Source of the DNA: Octopus bimaculoides
Taxonomy: Eukaryota
Assembly: GCF_001194135.2 (NCBI RefSeq)
Contig: NC_068983.1
Location: forward strand, 164,124,665 to 164,164,149
Length of the DNA: 39,485 nucleotides
Direction: 5' to 3'
Both the position numbers and the translations under genes were made by a program. Positions within the stretch are counted from its first letter, which is position 1, and each line of letters begins with the position of its first letter. Positions 22,624 through 33,354 of this stretch are shown here, in pieces. The notes below the pieces were generated by a model. It searched no databases, was not told where the DNA came from, and was given only the letters and a program-made list of their open reading frames with translations.

Positions 22624-22719
22624 TAAAAGCTGCATATATTACATTCTGTATTATATGAGTTATGAAGTATGTGCATGGCTACGTATAATGAATGCGCAGC
22701 ATTTGTGAACAATTAACAG

Positions 22720-22915
22720 AATTTTATTCACCACACAAATATTTTGCATGTCGATCGTGAATTACAAATGTGACAATAAAGTTTACTCAGTGAGAGGACA
22801 ATTCTGTAGCTATTGCAAAAAGCTGATTAAGAAGGCTCTGGAAATAAGCTGCCAAGGCAGCAGAAAATATACCATGCTTGGTTCATGACTGCAAAACTGT
22901 GGCTCCTCTATATAG
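22720..22915 (+). repeat. Unclassified unit, copy 3 (5' part)
   Basis: AACAATTAACAGAATTTTATT..AAAGTTTACTCAGTGA..GAAAATATACCATGCTTGGTTCATGACTGCAAAACT. Confidence 0.7.
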
Positions 22916-22923
22916 GCTTGTAT

Positions 22924-23168
22924 TTAAGGTGGTGAGATGGTAGAATCATTAGTGTGCTGGACAAAATACTTAGTACCATTTTGTCTGTCTTTATGTTCCA
23001 AGTTCAAATTTCACCTTGGTTGGCTTTGTCTCTCATCCTTTTCATGTCAATAAAATAAGCACCAGTTAAACCGCGAAGTTGATTTAATCGACTTAGCCCC
23101 CACCCCACCCCAGAAAAAACTGCTGGTCTTGTACCAAAACTTGGAAGCCAATATTGAAGCCAATATTA
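22924..23168 (+). mobile_element. Older SINE family A-type copy
   Basis: AAGGTGGTGAGATGGTAGAATCATTAG..AAGTTCAAATTTC..AAATAAGCACCAG; 3' end resembles the copy at 1-237. Confidence 0.75.
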
Positions 23169-23847
23169 TCTGGAAAATAGCTCTGAAATCTCGAAGACAA
23201 ATTAATTTCAAATTGATTTTGTTTTTATATATATGTTTCCATTATTAAGAAAACTGAAAAATATAAAAAACAACAAATCACTAAAAGAATATTTAAAAGA
23301 AAAGTAAGATTTTTTAAATATTAAATTCTCAAAGTTTTAATATGAAGCTCTAAACCTCTGAACTTTTTATAAAGCAAAAATATTTTAATGTTATATTAGA
23401 AAAGCCATTTTAAAAATTTCTTTTACTTTGCATTTGTATCTTTTTTAAGATAAGATAAGATAATAACTAGATTTGATAAAAGTTGATAGATTGAGTAATA
23501 ATTTCACATTATAATATTTGATTAGATATTAGTCATGCTTTCTGTCATTTTAATTTTCAATTGAATCATTCATGTTTTGCTTAACCTTTTATCTAGAATG
23601 GCTGTTAATAAATTATATCCGAGTTAAGGGTGAAAGGTCAAAAGCATAATGATACAGAATGAGCCAGTGAACTGATTACATCCATATTATCTAATTGTTC
23701 CTACTCCACCACTAAGAGTGCTCGAATGGCTGAGTGAATGGTTTATCAGACAATAATCTCAAAGATCATTAGTTCATGTCCTGCCATTAATCACTGTACC
23801 GGTTGTGTCTGGCCAATACACGTAACACTCAACAGCTAAGTTCACCT

Positions 23848-24030
23848 CTTCATCATCATTTAATGTCTAATTCTGGCTTGGGTTGACTGATTCGACAGGA
23901 GTTGGCAAGGGCAGGAGCCACACCAAATCCCATTGTATATTTTGGCCTGCTTTTGGTAGCTGGATGCCCTTTCTAATGCCCACCACTTTACAAAGTGTAC
24001 TGGGTGCTTTCTACGTGGCACCAGCACAAT
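23848..24030 (-). mobile_element. Family D ((GAT)n-tailed retroposon) diverged copy
   Basis: CATCATCATTTAATGTC..AGCTGGATGCCCTTTCTAATGCCCACCAC..GGGTGCTTTCTACGTGGCACCAGC. Confidence 0.7.
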
Positions 24031-24222
24031 TACTCAGTTTGAGTAACAGATACAACAAGATAATATGTAACTCAACAACTGTGTAAATGATGAGTGATTC
24101 TCTGGATGGCAGATCTGTGGTTAATTTCTTTATTGAGAAACTTTCTTATAATGCTTCATTTCTGGATTTGGTTTTCAAGATTCTTTATGTGAGTTTGTGT
24201 GTTGAAGCATATTCTGTTGTGT

Positions 24223-24510
24223 CTGGGGAGAGTCATTCTCTTTTAGTGCCTTATAATTTAACACACTCACCAGTAAAATTTCCTCTCATTTACTTATTTA
24301 TTTTTCTAAAATTTTCTAAAATTTTCATTGCGTCTTGCAACCTTCTCAATAGTTGTTGACCATTATTGTTGAGATGTTGAGAGTCAACAACTATTAACAG
24401 GGTTGCAAGACACAACGAAAATTTTAGAAAAATATATAAGTAAATGAGAGGAAACTTTACCGGTGAGTGTGTAAAACAATAAGGCACTAAAAGAGAATGA
24501 CTCTCCCCAG
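24223..24510. mobile_element. Foldback MITE-like element, about 130-bp arms and 25-bp spacer
   Basis: CTGGGGAGAGTCATTCTCTTTTAGTGCCTTAT... and ...ATAAGGCACTAAAAGAGAATGACTCTCCCCAG; followed directly by a SINE A head fragment at 24511-24590. Confidence 0.9.
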
Positions 24511-25356
24511 CAGAAACATTTGCATGCCGGGCAAAATGCTTAGCGATATTTTGTCTGTCTTTATACATTCTGAGTTCAAATTCCACCGAATTTTGGGACA
24601 AAAATGTGGATTATACTCGAAGATTTATGGTATGTAGAATACTGGGCTAAAAGACCCCAGAATGGGAAAAAATTTGAAAGCTGCTCTTGGGGTTTGAACC
24701 CACATCTTCTGTAAACAGAAATCTTTGACTCTTTTTGACCCATGGCTTTTCTTTAACCCCGTATTCTAAATGCTGTTATTTATAGCTTTATCTACTTCAA
24801 GTTCCACTGTTACAAAATTAATTCTTTATTTTTTTTTTTGTTTGTGTGGTTTTTCTATATATTTTTTTGTTTCTGTCGCTGCAAAGAGAAAGTAACTGTT
24901 TTTTTGTTGTTTTTTTTCTTTTCTTATGAAGCTATCCAACAGTAGACTTGTGTTTAATTCTGGAAACAATTATCTCTCAAATTCTTAATATCTTAAAAGC
25001 TACAGTTCATGAAAGTTCATTTAAATTATATTTATGTGATTTTGAAGAAATAAATATCTTTACTCTATGGCATATTGTCAGCTTGAGGAATTCTCAAGAT
25101 ATTCTTCCAAATATTTATGGTGTTATCTTTCATTAGTGATAATAAAATAAAAATAGCTATTAACATTGTTTATAAGTATACATCATATTATTTTTAGCGT
25201 AAGATGGCAAAGAGGTGTCTCTGAATGTCTTTGGATATTTTCGTATTACTTCTTTTTTTTTTGCATTCAGTGTTCAAATATTGTTACGTAAACGACAATA
25301 AATTAAATATGGAATTATAAGTTGATCCAGTCTTTAACGAATAGTCTATAAGGTGT

Positions 25357-26046
25357 GGGTGAGTGGGTAAGAAGCTCACTTCCCAACCATGGGGTTTGGG
25401 GTTCATCCTCACCATGCAGCACAGGGGCAAAGGTCTTCTCCTCTAGGTGCGAGAGTGGCTGTGTGGGAAGAAGCTTGCTTCCCAACCACACGGTCCTGGG
25501 TTCAGTCCCACTGCATGGCACGTTGGGCAAGTGTCTTCTACTATAACTTTATGCTGACCAAAGCTTTGTGAATGGATTGGGTAGGCAGAAACTGAAAGAA
25601 GCCTGCTGCATGTATATATATATATATATATATATNNNNNNNNNNNNNNNNNNNNNNNNNNNNNNNNNNNNNNNNNNNNNNNNNNNNNNNNNNNNNNNNN
25701 NNNNNNNNNNNNNNNNNNNNNNNNNNNNNNNNNNNNNNNNNNNNNNNNNNNNNNNNNNNNNNNNNNNNNNNNNNNNNNNNNNNNNNNNNNNNNNNNNNNN
25801 NNNNNNNNNNNNNNNNNNNNNNNNNNNNNNNNNNNNNNNNNNNNNNNNNNNNNNNNNNNNNNNNNNNNNNNNNNNNNNNNNNNNNNNNNNNNNNNNNNNN
25901 NNNNNNNNNNNNNNNNNNNNNNNNNNNNNNNNNNNNNNNNNNNNNNNNNNNNNNNNNNNNNNNNNNNNNNNNNNNNNNNNNNNNNNNNNNNNNNNNNNNN
26001 NNNNNNNNNNNNNNNNNNTATATATATGTATGTATATATATATATG

Positions 26047-26082
<36 letters not shown>

Positions 26083-26302
26083 TGTTTGTATGTATTTGTG
26101 TGTCTGTGTTTCTCCCCCACCATCACTTGACAACATGTTGGGATGTTTATGCCCCCGTAACTTAGTGGTTCGGCAAAACAGACCGATAGAATAAGTACTG
26201 GGTTTACAAAAAATAAGTGTTGGGGTCGATTTCTTTGACTAAAGGTGGTGCTCCAGCTTGGCCACAGTCAAATGACTGAAACAAGTAAAAGAATAAAAGA
26301 AT
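25357..26302 (+). mobile_element. SINE family B head fragment followed by a full-length copy whose internal microsatellite contains an assembly gap
   Basis: GTGGCTGTGTGGGAAGAAGCTTGC..GGGTTCAGTCCCACTG..GGGCAAGTGTCTT..(TA)n NNN..GAAACAAGTAAAAGAATAAAAGAA. Confidence 0.9.
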
Positions 26303-26451
26303 GTAGACCCAGGCTGACCAAAGCCTTCTGAGTGGATTTCTTAGATAGAAACTGAAAGAAGCCTGCCATAAATATATCAGATATCTGTCTATCTATCTAT
26401 CTTCATCATCATCATTGTATATATATATATATATATATATACATATATGTA

Positions 26452-26680
26452 TCATCATCTTCATCATCATTATCGTTAACGTCCACTTTCCATGCTGGCA
26501 TGGATTGGATGGTTTGACTGAGGACTGGCAACCCAGGAAGCTGCACTAGGCTCCAATTTAATTTGGCATGGTTTCTACAGCTGGATGCCCTTCCTAACAC
26601 CAACCACACTGGGTAGTTTTTATGTGCTACCAGCCTGGGGGCCAGTCAGGTGGCACTAGCATTGACCACACTCAAATGCT
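26452..26680 (-). mobile_element. Family D copy
   Basis: CATCATCATTATCGTTAACGTCCACTTTCCATGCTGGCATGG..CAGCTGGATGCCCTTCCTAACACCAACCAC. Confidence 0.85.
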
Positions 26681-26699
26681 GATATATATATATATATAA

Positions 26700-26862
26700 G
26701 TGCAGGCGTGGGGGGGTGGTAAGAAGTTTGCTTCCCAACTACATGGTCCTAGGTTCAGTCCCACTGCGTGGTACCTTGGGCAAGTGTCTTCTACTATAGC
26801 TTCAGGCTGAGCAAAGCCTAGTGAGTGGATTTAGTAGATGGAAACTGAAAGAAGCCTGTCAT
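26700..26862 (+). mobile_element. SINE family B 5' half
   Basis: GGTTCAGTCCCACTGCGTGGTACCTTGGGCAAGTGTCTTCTACTATAGC..GGAAACTGAAAGAAGCC. Confidence 0.85.
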
Positions 26863-26869
26863 GAGTATA

Positions 26870-27189
26870 CAAGGCAATGACAAGTGATTGAGACCTTTGG
26901 TTTTTTTCCTGTGCTTGAAAAGACTTGTCAAGCTAAGTGGCTGTTGCCAATGTCACATAACTGGCACTCATGATAGGGGTACTTAAAAGCACCGGCACCA
27001 ATGGTACGTAAAAAGCACCCACTACACTCTCAGAGTGGTTGGCATTAGGAAGGGCATCCAGCTGTAGAAACCAAATAAAAAAACAGATTATAGAACTTGG
27101 TGTGGCCCTCTGACCTTACCAGCTCCTGTCAAACTGCCCAACCCATCCCAGCATGGAAAACAGATGTTAAATAATGATGATGACGCTGG

Positions 27190-27240
<51 letters not shown>
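26870..27240 (+). mobile_element. Family D copy with (GAT)n tail
   Basis: AAAAGCACCCACTACACTCTCAGAGTGGTTGGCATTAGGAAGGGCATCCAGCTGTAGAAAC..CAGCATGGAAAACAGATGTTAAATAATGATGATG. Confidence 0.85.
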
Positions 27241-27242
<2 letters not shown>

Positions 27243-27322
27243 ATGACATTGATGTATGTATAATGCACTGCCGTGATTATGGGCAATGATGTCCCAGAAG
27301 AAATAATTGTTTTATAATGTTC

Positions 27323-27520
27323 ATCTGAGTGGTTGGCGTCAGGAAGGGCATCCAGCTGTAGAAACTCTGCCAAATCAGACTGGAGCCTGGTGTTGCCATC
27401 CGGTTTCACCAGTCCTCAGTCAAATCGTCCAACCCANNNNNNNNNNCCAGTCCTCAGTCAAATCGTCCAACCCATGCTAGCATGGAAAGCAGACGTTAAA
27501 CGATGATGATGATGATGATG
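27323..27520 (+). mobile_element. Family D 3' fragment with (GAT)n tail
   Basis: GAGTGGTTGGCGTCAGGAAGGGCATCCAGC..CCCATGCTAGCATGGAAAGCAGACGTTAAACGATGATG. Confidence 0.9.
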
Positions 27521-27524
27521 ATCG

Positions 27525-27559
<35 letters not shown>

Positions 27560-27845
27560 GCCATCACCATCACCACCACCATCATCATCATCGTCGTTGT
27601 CGTCGTCGTTCATATATTTATTTTTTTAGAATTATAATAGATGGACTTTTAGTCTGATGCCTTATAACGGGTCATCGTTTATCATCCATTTAATGTCCGT
27701 GTCTGAAAGACGCTGCAAACTTCCCATGTCCCAACAGAAAGCAGAAACAAATTTCAAAGTGACCTTTGGAAGTTCACCATAGTAATCCATAAAAAACGGA
27801 ACTGTTGTAGAGTAAGCGCTGTAGAAATCATGTGATGAGGTTGTT

Positions 27846-27882
<37 letters not shown>

Positions 27883-28049
27883 TTCTTTCCATGCCAGCAC
27901 AGCATGTTGTGGCACCAAGGGATTTGGTAACAGAAGATGGAATTATAGGTATTGTTGAGGAAAAACAATGAAACACCAGGAATTGATTTGAACTTTTGAA
28001 CTGGTGAACTCTGCCATAACAACTTGGTTCGTTTACTTCTGCAGAAAAA

Positions 28050-28362
28050 ATGTGTGTGTGTGTGTGTGTGTGGATATGTGTATATATGTGTGTCAGTGTG
28101 TGAGTATGTATGTGTGTGTAAGTGTATGTGTGTGCGAATGTGTGTATATATGTGTGTCAGTGTATGTGTGTGTGAATGTGTGTATATATGTGTGTCATTG
28201 TGTATATATGTGTGACATTGTGTATATATGTGCATGTGAGTGAGTGCATGTGTACGTGAACATGTACATATATGTGTCAGTGTGTGTGTGTGTGTGTGTG
28301 CGCGTGAGTATATGTGTGTATGAATGTGTGTGGATCTGTGTGTCAGTGTGTGTGTGTGTGTA
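28050..28362. repeat. Degenerate (TG)n compound microsatellite
   Basis: Direct reading. Confidence 0.9.
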
Positions 28363-29059
28363 TAGACACAAGGTGCACGAACAAGATCAAAGAACATACA
28401 AATTCTTGAGTGGACAGACGTTTAATCAAGGAAAATCCAATCATAGCCATCCTGCCTTTTTCCCAGATCCAGTACACCCTATAATCTTATACAATCCACA
28501 TTTTAAAGATGACAAAAAAGATCATTAACTGCTATTTCTGGAAGGTGAGGTGTCTCTATAGAGACTTCCCCGTTGAACGTAAAAGTCAAAATCTTTGAAA
28601 ACAAACAAACAAGAAAAGCCAAAAGTTTGGTAAACAATGCCAAATGAAGCCAGAAATAACTTATTTTAAAAATTCTGATATGGAATAACAGAATGCTTGG
28701 TTGCCAAAGTTGATTTTATTTTTTCTCTTCCATGTGAGACAACAACAATATTTTAGAATCATTAATAATTTTCATGCCATGACAATTTTGCGTTTAGTTC
28801 ACTGAACAACAACCCATAAAACATTTAATGCTTTCTCCATAATCTAATTTTTATTTACTTTCGTTCGCTGAACTTTATTTCACTTGAACTAATATGGAAC
28901 TCATTAAATGCCATCCAATTCCTCTCGTCTTTTAGTTTGGCTGCTTTGGATTTGCTTTGCTCTGAACTGCTTTCAAGGACTGGCGTTGGCTGTCTTCTTC
29001 ATTGATTGTGAATCAAATTGGAAAAGAAATGAAAGCAGGAGGGGGAAATTCTTGTTGGT

Positions 29060-29512
29060 AGAGTGAGAGAGAGAGTGGGTGAGTGAGAGTGAGTGAGTGA
29101 GTGAGAGAGTGAGTGAGGGGGAGAGAGAGTGAGTGAGAGAGTGAGAGAGAGAGTGGGAGAGAGAGTGGGAGAGAGAGTGGGAGAGTAGGTGAGTGAGAGT
29201 AAGTGAGAGAGAGTGAGTGAATGAGAGAGTGGGTGAGTGAGAGTGATTGAGTGAGAGAGTGAGAGAGTGAGAGTGAGAGAGTGAGTGAATGAGAGAGAGA
29301 GTGAGGGAGGGAGTGAGAGTGAGTGAGTGAGTGAGTAAGTGAGTGAGAGAGAGTGAGTGAGTGAGAGAGTAAGTGGGTGAGTGTAAAGTGTGGGTAAGAG
29401 AGAGAGTGAGAGAATGAGTGAGTGAGTGAGTGAGTGAGTGAGTGAGTGAGAGAGAGTGAGTGAGAGTGAGAGAGTAAGTGAGTGAGTGAAAGAATGAGAG
29501 AATGAGTGAGAA
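29060..29512. repeat. Long degenerate (GAGT)n/(GA)n tract
   Basis: Direct reading. Confidence 0.9.
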
Positions 29513-29574
29513 AATAAAAATAATTTTCTTGTGTTTTGCCAAAGTTTTTTTTGCTCTTCTTCCTCCTCCTGATT

Positions 29575-29610
<36 letters not shown>

Positions 29611-30154
29611 TACTGTCGTCATTGTTGTCATCATGATGATCATCATGAACATCATCATCATCATCATCATAATTGTAATCTCTATTATCACCACTCCTGC
29701 TACAATGGATTTATCTAGTCATACGGCGCACAATCTTTTTTTCTTTTTCTGGGGGTGGGGGCCATAGTTTCTCTCCCCTTCTGCCCCTGATTGCATATAA
29801 GGTGAATAATATTTTGGGAATGATTATTATTCAGTTAACGCTATTGAGAGACGGTAATTTTGGAGGGAAAGCTATAAAAGATGAGAGAATATAAAACTAG
29901 AGACGACGAGGAAAAGGCAAAGAGGAGAAAAATAAAGAAAAAAGGAAAGAATGAGATGAGAAAGAGATTTGTTTTTGAAGGAATTTAGAAAGAGAATAAA
30001 GTTGTAAACACTTTTGGAATAAGAGTTGTGATGAAAGGGATCGATAATTAAACTGGTATTTAATGATATATTGATACAAGGGGCTATCGGGGGGGGGGGG
30101 ACACTAGAGGGAACATTATAAGAGAAAATGATAAAGTAATTATTATTATTATCA

Positions 30155-30209
<55 letters not shown>

Positions 30210-30221
30210 CATCATTATTAT

Positions 30222-30455
30222 CAAGGTGGTGAGCATGCTGGATGAAATACTTAGCAGTATTTTGTCAGTCTTTACGTTCTGAGTTCAAATTCTGCCGAGG
30301 TCGGCTTTGTCTTTCATCCTTTTGGGGTCAATTAATTAAGTACCAGTGAAATACTGGGGTCAATGAATCAAGTACTAGTGAAATACTGGGTTCAAATGTA
30401 ATCAACGAGTCCCCTCCTCCGAATTTCAAACTTTGTGCTTATAGTAGAAAAGATC
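30222..30455 (+). mobile_element. SINE family A, diverged, with internal duplication of AAGTAC.AGTGAAATACTGGG
   Basis: CAAGGTGGTGAGC..GAGTTCAAATTCTGCCGAGGTCGG..GCTTATAGTAGAAAAG; inserted after (ATT)n. Confidence 0.85.
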
Positions 30456-30488
30456 ATTATTATTATTACTATCATCATCGTCATCATT

Positions 30489-30529
<41 letters not shown>

Positions 30530-30575
30530 CGTTGTAGAAGCAGCAGAAGTAGTAATTATTTTTATTGTTGTTATT

Positions 30576-31028
30576 ACGAAAGACTCTTGGATAGTTCTTA
30601 ATTACTGGTTATTCTTTACTTGAAAGCAGGCAACAACAAATCACCAAAGGTTTCAAGTAGTTCCTTCTCCTGTGACTCAAAGAGACAATACTCTCCTTAG
30701 AATGCGATTTGTACCCAACAATGCTGTCTTCTGGATCACTTCGAGCCTGACAGCAGCTCCAATATTCTTAATATGTTTTTCAAAGCCTTTGGAAACTGCT
30801 CCTAATGCTCCAATAACCACCAGCATCTCCATTACTTTCTTCATGCCCCATAACTTTCTTATCTCGTCCTGCAGTGGCTGGTATTTCTCACTCTTTTCTG
30901 TTTCCTTACATTTCACCCTCGAATCGCCTGGTATTGCAACATCTATCATCATCTTTTTCATCTTTATGGATGAGCACGATACCTGGTCGTCTTGCCTCTG
31001 AATATTAAAATCCCAGAGTATTTTGTAA
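30576..31028 (-). mobile_element. R4/Dong-like retrotransposon 3' end (restriction-like endonuclease domain), 5'-truncated
   Basis: KILWDFNIQ, frameshifted EARRPGIVLIH (RPD motif), IDVAIPGD..KETEKSEKYQPL..LW..VIGALG..QKTALLGTNRILRRVL*; PD..D..EK..KY RLE signature. Confidence 0.85.
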
Positions 31029-31049
31029 ATTATTGTTATTATTATTATT

Positions 31050-31410
31050 CCTTCGTGACACAGTGGAGGTAAGATGCACCGGAGTCTTTAGTCGTCTGTC
31101 AAGTCACAACAAGGACCTCAGACAGATAATACTTTCCTTAAGATGCACGCTGTGCCAAATAAAGCTGTTTTTTGCAAGACATCAATCTTTCCAGTCACCC
31201 CAAGAAGTCTCGAATTTTCAATGGGATTGAACCCAACACTCTGATCACCACTGGTATCACTTTTACATTACCCTCTCACATTCCATACAGTCTTGCCATT
31301 TCCACTTTCAGTTCGGAGTACTTGGTGATTTTTTCAACCCCTTTACTCGCAACATTCATGTCATTTAATATGGCTACATCAATGATCTGACAGTATTTGT
31401 CTCTCTTATT
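31050..31410 (-). mobile_element. Second R4/Dong-like 3' end, decayed, different subfamily
   Basis: CQIIDVAILNDMNVASKGVEKITKYSELKVEMARLYGM*..VIPVVIRVLG.. then DVLQKTALFGTACILRKVLSV*; followed by (AAT)n. Confidence 0.85.
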
Positions 31411-31652
31411 ATAATTATTATTATTATTATTATGTTGTTTTTTTATTTGTTCTTTCTTCAAATTTTCTTCCATTTCTTGCCGAGTGTTTTCCGTACACCT
31501 AGGGCAGAGAAGCCCATTGTATGCATTCCCAATGTACACATGCAAATTCACAGATAAAATATGTATTTAAAAAAAATTAATAAATAAATAAATTCATGAA
31601 TGGATGTTGTTTTCACAGCAATAATGCTCTTCTCATTATTATTATTATTATT

Positions 31653-31815
31653 CAGTAGTTTTATTTTTATAACATGCTTTCACTTCACTACCGAGCACAG
31701 CTTTGTGTGCCTTGGGTATGTGCTGTGGTTTGCGGTGATGCTCTTATGGTTACTGTATTGAAAGTGTTTTGCGTAGGATGTGTGCTGCGCCCAGTAGTGC
31801 AATTTTCTGTATGTT
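31653..31815 (-). mobile_element. Third R4/Dong-like extreme 3' end
   Basis: NIQKIALLGAAHILRKTLSIQ* plus 3' UTR, embedded in (AAT)n on both sides. Confidence 0.8.
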
Positions 31816-31846
31816 ATTATCATCATCATCATCATTATTATTATTA

Positions 31847-31892
<46 letters not shown>

Positions 31893-32397
31893 CATCATCA
31901 TCATAATTATTATTATTATAACTAATAAATGGATACCGTATGGATAACTGAAGCTATATTTAGAGTTGCCTATATAGCATAGAAAATATGAAATATCATC
32001 AAGGCATTAAGTAAATCAATGATTTCCACAAATTGAAGCAGTGGGATTCATATGAAGGGTGCAACATCAAGGGAGAGTATGACAATATAATTAGAGGACA
32101 CATTATCTAATATACTAAATCATGTGATATATTACAGATTTTTATTAGAGGCAGATTATCTAATAAATGCCATGTTACATATAAGAGATTAAGTATAGTA
32201 GAAACAAATTAGTTGCATCATTTTAATATAGAATCTTAGTTGTTACCATTATGGGCTTAATCCATGGATTAATTAATCTTAAATTAAAGAAACAAAATTA
32301 ATTTCTACTTTCGTCATGTCTTACAGGGCTTAAAACAAAATTGATCCTTGCTTACATTGTTCTCTTGAATGGAAGCAGCTCTGAAGATAAATCATAT

Positions 32398-32612
32398 GTT
32401 GCCAGTACCGCCTGACTGGCCTTCGTGCTGGTGGCATGTAAAAGCACCCACTACACTCTCGGAGTGGTTGGCGTTAGGAAGGGCATCAGCTGTAGAAACA
32501 CTGCCAGATCAGATTGGAGCCTGGTGTAGCCATCTGGTTTCACCAGTCCTCAGTCAAATCGTCCAACCCATGCTAGCATGGTAAGCAATGATGATGATGA
32601 TGATGATGATGA
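32398..32612 (+). mobile_element. Family D copy with (GAT)n tail
   Basis: GTTGCCAGTACCGCCTGACTGGCC..GGAAGGGCATCAGCTGTAGAAAC..CCCATGCTAGCATGG..GATGATG. Confidence 0.9.
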
Positions 32613-32649
32613 TGTTCCAAGCTTTATTTCTGAACAAATTTTGAAATAG

Positions 32650-32930
32650 ATTCTGTGACCGAGCAAGTGTATACATCTGATAATAAGACACTTGATGACA
32701 GTAAAACACTGAGTCAATGGAAACAAATTGTAGAGAGAAATATTCTGAAAATGCTCTCAAAATTTGAAGTTAACAGTTTGGAAAATTTACAGTGTTAACA
32801 AGCTTCCAGTGAGGAGAGTAAAGCAATGTCTACCGGCAATGATAGGATGGAAAGAATTGGTTCTTTGGTGAGTAATCCAACTCTGGAACCAGTCAACTGT
32901 GGCACTCCAGACAAAGAAAGAAAAATTTAA
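32650..32930 (+). other. Protein-like reading frame with a single internal stop (candidate exon or pseudo-exon)
   Basis: DSVTEQVYTSDNKTLDDSKTLSQWKQIVERNILKMLSKFEVNSLENLQC*QASSEESK..DKERKI*; no homology recognised. Confidence 0.2.
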
Positions 32931-33354
32931 ATACTCAATCTATTTCAAATAAGTAGCGAAATAGAGAGGTTAATCTCAACTTTCAAACATTCTTTAATGC
33001 CTGACAATTCCAGCAGATTTACCATTCCACCACCAGACTGCCAAATCTGCCAAAAACAAAACCAGAATGAATGCATTCTACAAACTATTCCACTTTAATT
33101 TCAAAACACTAATGTCATACATCTAAAAATGAGTTCTCTTTTCTAAATACAAAATTTAATGGCAAAAATAAAAACAAAAAAGGATAAAAAAATACCCAGC
33201 AAAAATACAAAAACCTGTTTTGCTAAAGTCGTTTTATAAGTTTTGTAATCACTGGAAAATGCAGTGAGATAGAAAAAAAACTTGTCTACAGCACAATCTA
33301 CATAAATTCTTGCACAAGTTTTTGACACTTTTACATGGAAATACATTTAGATGT

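Noticed and set aside
27409-27474. 28-bp tandem duplication inside a family D copy
   Set aside because: It flanks a 10-N gap; assembly artefact. The same pattern occurs at 36740-37075 and 38670-38750.
28468-28545. 78-nt segment with strong acceptor and donor
   Set aside because: Stops in all three frames; could be a non-coding exon but there is no other support.
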